The notes under the pieces were generated by a model. The model was given only the letters and a program-made list of their open reading frames with translations, did not search any database and was not told where the DNA came from. The position numbers were made by a program, and so were the translations under genes. A stretch of DNA of 64,000 nt from NCBI GenBank assembly GCA_964593565.1, contig CAZQIY010000005.1, positions 18,334 to 82,333 on the forward strand, written 5' to 3'. This DNA is from an uncultured Anaerolineaceae bacterium. GTDB lineage: Bacteria > Chloroflexota > Anaerolineae > Aggregatilineales > Phototrophicaceae. Below, piece after piece: positions 8,077 to 16,286 of this stretch (position 1 is its first letter; every line of letters begins with the position of its first letter).

Positions 8077-10194
8077 ATGACTTCAGATAAAGTGATTCAG
8101 GAAGATAAGTTTGATGATCAGGCGGCGCTGTTCCAGGAGATGATTCTCTCTGTCGGGACGGTGCTGGATCTGGATACGCTGCTGGGGCAGCTTGCCGCCA
8201 GGGTGGTCGAATCGCTGCCGTGTGATCGCTGTCTGGTGCTGACCCTGGACGATGAGAACCTCGCGCTGCGGTTTGGGGCGCTGCGGACGATGCCGCAGGT
8301 ATCAGCCGAAACCAGCCAGTTTGAAAACTTTGATTTCGCGCTGTACAGCGCGGAAGCTCATGCCGTCATAGATGCCTGGATGGCCGGGCAGGCCCAGCAC
8401 CTGACGCCGGAAACCGTCACGACGCACCGTGCCCTGAACTGGCTGATGTCCGCGCTGCAAACTCAGCAGATGTACAGTGTGCCGCTGACCGGCACGAATC
8501 AACTGATCGGCGTGCTGCTGGTGGATAACCCGCACAGCACGCAGCCTCTCACCCCGGAACTGGAGTCACGCCTGAAAACGCTGGCCTCTGCCGGGGCGGT
8601 CACCATGCAGAATGCCCGCATCTACAGCAAGACCGTTCATCAGGCCGAAACGCACCTGCGCGAACTGACGATCCTGCGGCAGATTGACCGCGAACTGAAC
8701 GACACCATCGAACCGCAGCATGTCTTTCAGATGACGCTGGATTGGGCGCTGCGTTTTACCAACGCCCATGCCGCCTCTGTTGCCCTGTACGATCAGGACA
8801 CGGACGAACTGCGGGTGATGGTCACCTACGGTTATGACATCGAACAGGAACAACTGGCTATCCTGCGTATGGAGCAGGGCGGCATCGCGCACCGGGTGGC
8901 ACGTTCTGCCCATGCAGAAGTGATCCCCGATACGATGATGGACAAGGACTTTATTCAGGGAACCAGCCTGACCCGGTCCCAGATGTCTGTGCCGGTCATG
9001 CGCGAAGACCGGGTGATTGCGGTCATCACCGTCGAGAGTAAAAAGCTCAATGGTTTTGCGGATGAACAACTGGATTTTGTCGAAAAACTGGCGACCCGGG
9101 CCGGGGTAGCCATCGACAATGCGCGCCTGTTTGATGAAACCGCCCGCGAACGCGAAAAGCTCTCGCACATCCTTAACAACATTGCCGATGTGGTTATCGT
9201 GTTCGGGCTGGATGAACGGCTCATCCTCATCAACCCGGCGGCAGTGTCTGCCCTGCGCATCTATCCGCATGAAGTGTACCAGGGGCAGAAATTTCAGGAT
9301 GTCGTGATGAACACCGCCGTGATCGACGCCTATATGCGCGCCAGAACCAGCGGCGACCCGATTGTTGAAGAAGTGCAGATGAACAATGATCGCACCTTCC
9401 ACATGAACCTGATTCGTCAGGAGAATGTGGGCTGGATCATCGTTATGCACGATATTACGCCCTTCAAGGAGATGGATCAGCTAAAGAGCGAGCTGATCGC
9501 GACGGTTTCGCACGATCTTAAACAGCCGCTGGCCGTCATGAACGGGTATATCGAGCTGCTGCTGATGCACCGGCAGTTCGATACCACCGGCATTAACTTC
9601 CTGGATATGGTGCGCCGTTCGATTCAGAACATGCGCCAGTTGATTGATGACCTGCTTGATCTGGCCAAGATCGAAACCGGCATTCATCTTAATTTGCAGT
9701 CGCTGGAGCTGAAAGACCTGGTCGAGGAATGCCGCGACGCCCTGCAGCCCAGCGTGCTGAATAAGGCGCTGGAACTGGCCATCGACATCCCGCCGGACCT
9801 GCCCCCGCTGCTGGCGGACCGCGCCCGCCTGCACCAGATTCTGATGAACCTGATTGGCAACGCCGTTAAATATACCCAGCCGGAAGGGTGGGTGCGGGTT
9901 ATGGCGGAATCGCGCGATAAAATCATCCGCATCGCCATTCAGGACAACGGCATGGGCATCAGCCCGGAAGATCAGGCGCATATCTTCGAGCGCTTCTATC
10001 GGGTGCGCCGCCCGGAAACCGACAGCATCGACGGCACCGGCCTGGGCCTGGCGATTGTCAAAAGCCTGGTGGAAGCACATAAGGGGAAGATCAGCCTGGA
10101 AAGCCGCCTGGGCGAAGGCACAACTTTTTTCCTGACTTTGCCCGTCGCCTCTCAGTCAGAAGAGAAAGCCCCTGCCTCGCCTGTGGAAAAGTGA
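8077..10194 (+). CDS. sensor histidine kinase (GAF-GAF-PAS-HisKA-HATPase_c), cytoplasmic
   Basis: 705 aa. Two GAF-like regions, a PAS-like segment, the H-box SELIATVSHDLKQPL, an N-box QILMNLIGNAVKYT and G-boxes IQDNGMGI / GTGLGLAIVK. No TM segment and no adjacent response regulator. Confidence 0.9.
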   Translation: MTSDKVIQEDKFDDQAALFQEMILSVGTVLDLDTLLGQLAARVVESLPCDRCLVLTLDDENLALRFGALRTMPQVSAETSQFENFDFALYSAEAHAVIDAWMAGQAQHLTPETVTTHRALNWLMSALQTQQMYSVPLTGTNQLIGVLLVDNPHSTQPLTPELESRLKTLASAGAVTMQNARIYSKTVHQAETHLRELTILRQIDRELNDTIEPQHVFQMTLDWALRFTNAHAASVALYDQDTDELRVMVTYGYDIEQEQLAILRMEQGGIAHRVARSAHAEVIPDTMMDKDFIQGTSLTRSQMSVPVMREDRVIAVITVESKKLNGFADEQLDFVEKLATRAGVAIDNARLFDETAREREKLSHILNNIADVVIVFGLDERLILINPAAVSALRIYPHEVYQGQKFQDVVMNTAVIDAYMRARTSGDPIVEEVQMNNDRTFHMNLIRQENVGWIIVMHDITPFKEMDQLKSELIATVSHDLKQPLAVMNGYIELLLMHRQFDTTGINFLDMVRRSIQNMRQLIDDLLDLAKIETGIHLNLQSLELKDLVEECRDALQPSVLNKALELAIDIPPDLPPLLADRARLHQILMNLIGNAVKYTQPEGWVRVMAESRDKIIRIAIQDNGMGISPEDQAHIFERFYRVRRPETDSIDGTGLGLAIVKSLVEAHKGKISLESRLGEGTTFFLTLPVASQSEEKAPASPVEK

Positions 10195-10249
10195 CACAGA
10201 AAAGCAGCGCCTTCTCTTCATGACTTTACAGCAGGCTGACGAGGCAGAA

Positions 10250-12178
10250 TCAGCCCGCGCCGGGTGTGTCCATGTGCATGACATGAAACGGCACATCAAT
10301 GACCACCACATGTTCCATGGAACGCAGCCGCCCGCGCAGGATGTTGGCGGTCTGGTTATGCAGCAGACGCGCCGCTGCCTGGGCCGGCACAAATTCCGGA
10401 ATTACGATAGTCACCAGTTGATCCTTAAATTCCTCGCGGCTGACCTGCTCGATGTAGGCCACCAGCGGCGTCAGCACATCGCGGTAATCGTAGTCGATAA
10501 TCATCAGTTGGATACCGGTCATCAGCCGGGGGAAACGTTCCCAGCGGCGCTGAATGCGTTCGTGCATTTCCGGCGAGGTGGCTACGGCAACCGCGCGCAC
10601 GTCGTCTGAAATTCGCTTGGCATACTGCAGGGCGCGCAGCGTGCCCCGGTGGACATCCGCAATCGGCACGATGGCGACATTGGCCACGTCCAGCAGCGCA
10701 TCCTCATGGAACTCTGCTGTTGTCAGTGTGGCGGCCACATCATCATAATGCTGGTGAATCTTATAGAACATGAAGATCAGTGCCGGGATCGCCAGCGCCA
10801 CGATCCAGGCACCTTCTGTAAACTTGGTCGCCAGCAGGATGACGAACACCACGCCGGTCGTGATCGACCCGATGATGTTGATGGCGCGTTTCCAGTGCCA
10901 GCCCTTTTCATAATGGATGGTGGTCGCGTCGGTGTCCATGCTTTCGCCCGGCTTTAAGGTGCCGATCTTCGCCATCAGGCGCGACATGCCGGCCTGCGAC
11001 AGCGTAAAGCTGATCATCACGCCCAGGGCATACAGCGGCAGCATGGCGATTTCGTTGGCCTGGAACACAATGATAATCAGCGACGAAACCACCGCCAGCA
11101 CCACAATGCCGGAACTGTACACCAGTCGGTCACCCCGGTTACGCATCCAGCGCGGCATAAAGCCATCGCGGGCCAGGAAGTAGCTTAAACGCGGGAAGTC
11201 CTGATAGCCGGTGTTCGCCGCGAGGAACAGGATCAGCGCAGTAAAAAGCTGCACCCAGAAATACAGAAAGCCGCCGCCGGTCACCTCGCGGGTCATCTGC
11301 GACAGAATACTTTCCTCATGCTCCGGGATCAGGTGCATGTGGGTGGCAAGGTACGAAATGCCAACAAAAAGCGACATGGCCATTATGCCCATCGCCACCA
11401 TTGTAATTGCTGCATTTTTAGACTCCGGCGGTTTGAAGGCCTGCACGCCGTCGCTGATGGCTTCGATACCTGTCAGGGCGGTACAGCCGCCTGCAAAGGC
11501 CCGCAAAAGCAGCCAGACAAAGGCCAGACCGACCACCGACGCCTGTGCCGGGACAACATCCTGATGCACCGGCAGGGGCGCCGCGCCAAACCAGCCAAAA
11601 CTGCGCACCAGGCCGATGCCGATCACCAGCAGTACGCCGCCGACAAAGGCATAGGTCGGGAAGGCGAAGATGGTGCCGCTTTCACGCATCCCGCGCAGGT
11701 TAATCCACGTGATAAAGGCCACCGCCGCCAGCGCGATCAGCACCCGGTAATCAAATGCTTCCGGGAAGGCCGAAGTCACGGCGCGCACCCCGGCAGAGGC
11801 GGATACGGAGACGGTCAGCGTATAGTCGATCAGCAGCGCCGCGGCCGCCAGCAGCGAGGGATACCTGCCCAGGTTATCCTTAGAGACGATATAGGCCCCG
11901 CCACCATGCGGGTAGTGCAGGATCGTCTGGATGTAGCTGAAGATCACCAGCAGCACCAGCGTAACCACCGCCATCGCCACCGGCAGGGTGAGTGCCAGCG
12001 CGCCGCTGCCCAGCACTATCAGCACCCCCATAATGGCCTCAGTGGCATAGGCGTTGCTGCTGATCGGGTCTGATGCGAATACCGCCAGGCCGCGTACCTT
12101 GTCCAGGCGTTCGTGCATTTCCTGGCTGGTCGGGAAAGGCTGGCCGATCAGCACCCGTTTAATACTGCGCGTGTCCAT
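10250..12178 (-). CDS. APC superfamily permease with C-terminal cytoplasmic domain
   Basis: 642 aa. N-terminus MDTRSIKRVLIGQPFPTSQEMHERLDKVRGLAVFASDPISSNAYATEAIM, about 12 TM helices, then a ~200-aa soluble tail. Substrate (amino acid or K+) cannot be decided from sequence. Confidence 0.8.
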   Translation of the reverse strand: MDTRSIKRVLIGQPFPTSQEMHERLDKVRGLAVFASDPISSNAYATEAIMGVLIVLGSGALALTLPVAMAVVTLVLLVIFSYIQTILHYPHGGGAYIVSKDNLGRYPSLLAAAALLIDYTLTVSVSASAGVRAVTSAFPEAFDYRVLIALAAVAFITWINLRGMRESGTIFAFPTYAFVGGVLLVIGIGLVRSFGWFGAAPLPVHQDVVPAQASVVGLAFVWLLLRAFAGGCTALTGIEAISDGVQAFKPPESKNAAITMVAMGIMAMSLFVGISYLATHMHLIPEHEESILSQMTREVTGGGFLYFWVQLFTALILFLAANTGYQDFPRLSYFLARDGFMPRWMRNRGDRLVYSSGIVVLAVVSSLIIIVFQANEIAMLPLYALGVMISFTLSQAGMSRLMAKIGTLKPGESMDTDATTIHYEKGWHWKRAINIIGSITTGVVFVILLATKFTEGAWIVALAIPALIFMFYKIHQHYDDVAATLTTAEFHEDALLDVANVAIVPIADVHRGTLRALQYAKRISDDVRAVAVATSPEMHERIQRRWERFPRLMTGIQLMIIDYDYRDVLTPLVAYIEQVSREEFKDQLVTIVIPEFVPAQAAARLLHNQTANILRGRLRSMEHVVVIDVPFHVMHMDTPGAG

Positions 12179-12269
12179 AGGATAGCTCCGTTAATACCCC
12201 ACTTGAATCTATAACTGGCAAGCCATCTGACTCGCCAGTTCCTTTGGATTTCTCTTACGCATTAGTTTG

Positions 12270-12278
12270 ATTATATCA
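12270..12278 (-). promoter_or_regulatory. candidate extended -10 promoter (TGATATAAT) for the APC permease gene
   Basis: Minus strand reads TGATATAAT (plus attatatca at 12270-12278), about 92 nt upstream of the ATG at 12178. The leader contains the hairpin AACTGGC/GCCAGTT (12213-12240). Confidence 0.45.
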
Positions 12279-12362
12279 TGAAGACTGGCTTTTGATGGCG
12301 GTAATTTTCTGCTGCCGAATATATTCCACAGCAAGCCTTCATGTGCTGCAAGGTCAGGAAAA

Positions 12363-13526
12363 TCAGCCTGGTATCTTGATGCCTGACCCTCTTTGCAGGC
12401 GTTTGCGCCCCACCGTCAGGAAAGCCGCCGCAGCGACCAGCATATTATACGCGGCCAGCCCGATCCAGAAGGCAGACCAGCGCCGTTCCCGCACCGGAGC
12501 CGGTGTAACTTCCTGCGACGTTGGCACTGGCTGGCCAGTCGCAACGCGGGCCGGCAGCAGCGATCTGCGCGCGGCCAGCGAAGTCGCGGCGGGCCTGGGG
12601 GTGGGGCCAGGGCTGGGGGTGGCTGGCGTGCCCGTCTGGGCTTCCACCTCGCTGATCGGCACGGCGTTATCCGCTGGCTGGATGCGCGCCCCCCGGCGCC
12701 GGGCATAGACCTGGGTAAATTCTGCGCCAAACAGCAGAATCTGCGCCGAATAATAGACCCACAGCAGCAGCACCACAAACGACCCGGCGACGCCATAGGT
12801 CGAGGCTACGCCGCTGTTGCCCAGGTACAGCCCCAGCAGAAACTTGCCGATAGTGAACAGCAGCGCGGTGATGGCCGCCCCCACCCAGACATCCCGCCAC
12901 TCGATTTCCACATCCGGCAGAATCTTGTAGATCATGGCGAACAGCAGCGTGATGATGCCAAACGAAATCAGGTTGTTGATGATCTGGCTGACAAGCTGTG
13001 CCTGGGGCAGCAGCCCTTCGACATAATTGTGCAGCGAGGAGACCAGCGCGCTGATGAGCAGCGACACCAGCAGCAGGAAGCCGATGCCCAGCACCATGGT
13101 AAATGACATAAAACGATCCTTGACGACCGCCATAATGCCGCGTCCGGGTTTTGGGGCGACATCCCAGATGGTATTGAGCGCGTCCTGAAGCTGGCCGAAG
13201 AAGCCCGCCGCGCCAAAAATAATCGCGCCGATGCCCAGCACGGTGGCGATAATACCGGAGGAGGTATCGCTGGCATTTTCGATCATCGTCTGGATGATCT
13301 GCGCCGATTCTGCGCCGACTTCGTTCTCGATCTGGCGCATAATCTCGCCCTGGGCGGCGCTCTGGCCGAAGGCCAGCCCGGCGACCGCGATCACGATCAC
13401 CAGCAGCGGCGCAATCGAAAAGGCGGTGTAATAGGCCAGGGCCGCAGCCAGCCGGGGGGCCTTGTCCTGATTCCATTCCGAGAAGGTTTCTTTCAGCATG
13501 TCAAAAGCGGTTTTAAGAAAGTTCAT
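12363..13526 (-). CDS. YihY/BrkB family membrane protein
   Basis: 387 aa. MNFLKTAFDMLKETFSEWNQDKAPRLAAALAYYTAFSIAPLLVIV is the characteristic YihY N-terminus. Six TM helices plus a Pro/Thr-rich tail and one extra TM. Confidence 0.85.
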   Translation of the reverse strand: MNFLKTAFDMLKETFSEWNQDKAPRLAAALAYYTAFSIAPLLVIVIAVAGLAFGQSAAQGEIMRQIENEVGAESAQIIQTMIENASDTSSGIIATVLGIGAIIFGAAGFFGQLQDALNTIWDVAPKPGRGIMAVVKDRFMSFTMVLGIGFLLLVSLLISALVSSLHNYVEGLLPQAQLVSQIINNLISFGIITLLFAMIYKILPDVEIEWRDVWVGAAITALLFTIGKFLLGLYLGNSGVASTYGVAGSFVVLLLWVYYSAQILLFGAEFTQVYARRRGARIQPADNAVPISEVEAQTGTPATPSPGPTPRPAATSLAARRSLLPARVATGQPVPTSQEVTPAPVRERRWSAFWIGLAAYNMLVAAAAFLTVGRKRLQRGSGIKIPG

Positions 13527-13725
13527 CGCCCGTTACCCTGGATGTACGCGTACAGATACTTGCTCCCACTGTAAACGCGGCGCAGGCTGTACAAAAGAGG
13601 CTGCTGGGCTATTTTGATCTCCTACAGGTGGCTGGCAGGCGGCGGTACAGTACATAAGAGTTTCATAGGAATCAGGCGGATGTCACCTTTTTGTAAGAAA
13701 TAACGTAGAACATTTGTTGTCTGTG

Positions 13726-13734
13726 TGACATAAT
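13726..13734 (+). promoter_or_regulatory. candidate extended -10 element (TGACATAAT) upstream of the ABC importer operon
   Basis: TGnCATAAT at 13726-13734, 68 nt upstream of ATG 13802. The RBS AGGAGGA lies at about 13791-13797. Confidence 0.3.
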
Positions 13735-13801
13735 AAACGCCTTGTTTCTTCGCCTCCCCAACTGAAGAAACAGGTATAACTTAATCAATCCAGGAGGAAG
13801 T

Positions 13802-15355
13802 ATGAACGCGAGCAATTCTACTTTAGTCAGACGCATCGCCACAATCCTTACCCTGGGGCTGCTTATGATCGCTGTCTTTGCGACAGCGAACGCGCAGGAA
13901 GAATCTTCCCTGCGCATCGGCATCAATGTACCGGAAGACAATCTCGACCCGGCGCTGGCCTCCAGCGACTCCGCGGTGCTGCTCAACCGCCACATTTATG
14001 ATTACCTTGTCGAGGTGACCCCGGCGGGGGAGATTGAGCCAAATCTTGCTACGGACTGGACCATCAGCGATGATGGGCTGACCTACACCTTCACCCTGGT
14101 TGAAAACGCGACCTTCCACGATGGGACGCCGTTTACGGCGCAGGATGTGGTGTTTACATTTAACCGGCTGGAAGAACTGGAATCGGCAGCAATCGGGCTG
14201 CTGGGCGATTTTGAGGTGCAGGCCGAAGACGATCATACGGTGGTCTTCACCCTGGCCGGAGTCAATGCGGATTTTCTGTATGGCGTCGGGTCGCGCTTCG
14301 CCCTCATCCTGAAGGACGGCACCACCACCCCCAACCAGATCGCCGAAGGGGAGAACCCATATGCCAGCTTTAACGGCACCGGCCCCTTCCGCCTCAGCGA
14401 TTACCGCCAGGGCGAATCCGCAACGCTGGTGCGCAACGACGCCTACTGGCGCGAAGGCCAGCCGCTGCTGGACAGCCTGGTATTTGTCTACAACAATGAC
14501 CCCATCGGCCAGATCAACCAGATTCTGGATAATCAGGTGGATGTGATTTTCCGCGTTCCGCTGGATGAACTGGTGCGGCTGGAACAGAACCCCGACATCA
14601 GCATTCTGCAGGAAGTGACCAACCAGCACCCGCTGATTCGTCTGCGGGCGGATGAGGGCTTTCTGGGCGAGGATGTTCGCATCCGCCAGGCCTTTAAGCT
14701 GGCGACGGATCGCGAGGAACTGAACGATGTGTTCCTGAACGGGCTGGGTACCGTCGGCAACAATGACCCCATCGGCCCCAAGTACGCCCAGTTTTACAAC
14801 GATGCGATTGAAGACCCCGGCTATCAGCCGGAAGCCGCCTGCGAGCTGATCCAGCAGACGGGTGTGGATCGCCTGAGCGTGCAGCTTTATGTGGTGCAGG
14901 ATGCTTTCCTGTACGAGGAACGGTTGGCCCCGGTGCTTCAGCAGCAGTGGGAGCAGGGCTGCATCGACGTGACGGAAATTCTGGGCCGGCCGGAATCGGT
15001 CTACTATGGCGAAAATGAATGGCTGGAAGTCGAACTGGGCATCACGCCCTGGGCGGATCGTCCGGTGCCGCAGGAATATCTGGCGACTTCGTATCATTCC
15101 GAAGGCGTCTGGAACGAGGCGCACTGGTCTAACGCGGAACTGGATGACCTGATCCAGCAGGCCAGCCAGGCCGTTGATGCCGAGGAACGCGCCGCTATTT
15201 ATGCCCGCATCAGCGAGATTTTCGCGGAAGAAGGCCCGGTCATCATCCCCTTCTTCTCGCCAATTGTGGCCGCTGTGCGTGCCGATGTCAGCGGGATTGA
15301 GATGAATCCATTCCCTGGCCTGACGGACTTCCGGCAGGTGAGCGTAAACGGCTGA
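13802..15355 (+). CDS. ABC transporter substrate-binding protein, peptide/nickel family 5
   Basis: 517 aa. Signal peptide (LLMIAVFATANAQEE). Motifs LVEVTPAGEIEPNLATDWTISDDGLTYTFTLVENATFHDGTPFTAQDVVFTF are typical of SBP_bac_5. Strong RBS. Confidence 0.9.
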   Translation: MNASNSTLVRRIATILTLGLLMIAVFATANAQEESSLRIGINVPEDNLDPALASSDSAVLLNRHIYDYLVEVTPAGEIEPNLATDWTISDDGLTYTFTLVENATFHDGTPFTAQDVVFTFNRLEELESAAIGLLGDFEVQAEDDHTVVFTLAGVNADFLYGVGSRFALILKDGTTTPNQIAEGENPYASFNGTGPFRLSDYRQGESATLVRNDAYWREGQPLLDSLVFVYNNDPIGQINQILDNQVDVIFRVPLDELVRLEQNPDISILQEVTNQHPLIRLRADEGFLGEDVRIRQAFKLATDREELNDVFLNGLGTVGNNDPIGPKYAQFYNDAIEDPGYQPEAACELIQQTGVDRLSVQLYVVQDAFLYEERLAPVLQQQWEQGCIDVTEILGRPESVYYGENEWLEVELGITPWADRPVPQEYLATSYHSEGVWNEAHWSNAELDDLIQQASQAVDAEERAAIYARISEIFAEEGPVIIPFFSPIVAAVRADVSGIEMNPFPGLTDFRQVSVNG

Positions 15356-15362
15356 GATCAGT

Positions 15363-16286
15363 ATGGCCCATATGGAAACATCGGGGGGGCGGCCTGCCGG
15401 GGCTTCCCCCTCCCTTTCTGCGCGAACGCAGCGCCGCGTCAGCGGCTTTTTCCGGCAGATGGCCCGCAGCCCGCTGGCGCTGGTGGGCTTCATCATCGTC
15501 ATGATTTTTATCCTGCTGGCATTTCTGGGGCCGGTGATCGCCCCCTACGATTTCGACAGCCTCCAGCGCAACGAGGAAGGCCGCGTCGCCCGTTACGAAT
15601 CGCCATCGGCCCGCTTTTACTTTGGCACGGACAGCATCGGCCGCGATGTCTTCAGCCGGGTGCTGTGGGGCGCGCGCGAGGTGATTCTCATCCCCGGCAT
15701 CGCGACCCTGCTGGCCGTCAGCCTGGGGACCGTCACCGGCCTGATCCTGGGCTACTTTGGCGGCTGGCTGGATGAGCTGATCTCGCGAGTGCTGGACAGC
15801 CTGCTGGCGATCCCGGCGATGGTGCTGGCGCTGGTGCTGGTCGGCACGATTGGCCCTTCTACCATTGGCCTGATTGTGGTGATTGTGGTGCTGTATGTGC
15901 CCATCGTCACCCGCGTGATTCGCAGCGCCACGCTGAACCTGCGCGCCAGCGGCTATATCGAGGCGGCCCGTCTGCGCGGTGAATCCATCGCCTATATTCT
16001 CTTTCGCGAGATTCTGCCTGGGGTGCTGCCCGCGCTGGCTGTCGAGGCGGCGCTGCGCTTTTCCTATGCCATCTTTCTGACCGCTTCGCTGGGGTTTCTG
16101 GGGCTGGGGGTGCAGCCGCCCTCGCCGGATTGGGGCCGCATGGTCAACGAGGCGCGGGGCGACTTTTTCCGCGCCCCCTGGACACTCTGGTTTCCGGCCG
16201 GGGCCATTGCGCTGCTGGTCATCAGCGTCAACCTGATGGCCGACGGCCTGCGCCGCATCTTCCGCTATGAAGGTCAACTGCGATGA
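15363..16286 (+). CDS. ABC transporter permease (DppC/OppC-like)
   Basis: 307 aa. APYDF N-terminal motif and the EAA-loop region YIEAARLRGESIAYILFREILP. Its stop overlaps the next start (ATGA at 16283-16286). Confidence 0.9.
   Translation: MAHMETSGGRPAGASPSLSARTQRRVSGFFRQMARSPLALVGFIIVMIFILLAFLGPVIAPYDFDSLQRNEEGRVARYESPSARFYFGTDSIGRDVFSRVLWGAREVILIPGIATLLAVSLGTVTGLILGYFGGWLDELISRVLDSLLAIPAMVLALVLVGTIGPSTIGLIVVIVVLYVPIVTRVIRSATLNLRASGYIEAARLRGESIAYILFREILPGVLPALAVEAALRFSYAIFLTASLGFLGLGVQPPSPDWGRMVNEARGDFFRAPWTLWFPAGAIALLVISVNLMADGLRRIFRYEGQLR

Noticed and set aside
12179-12269. Possible c-di-AMP (ydaO/kimA-type) riboswitch ahead of the APC permease
   Set aside because: If the TGATATAAT promoter is right, the leader is only about 85 nt with one simple hairpin. 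That is too short for the pseudo-two-fold ydaO architecture, and I see none of its conserved segments.
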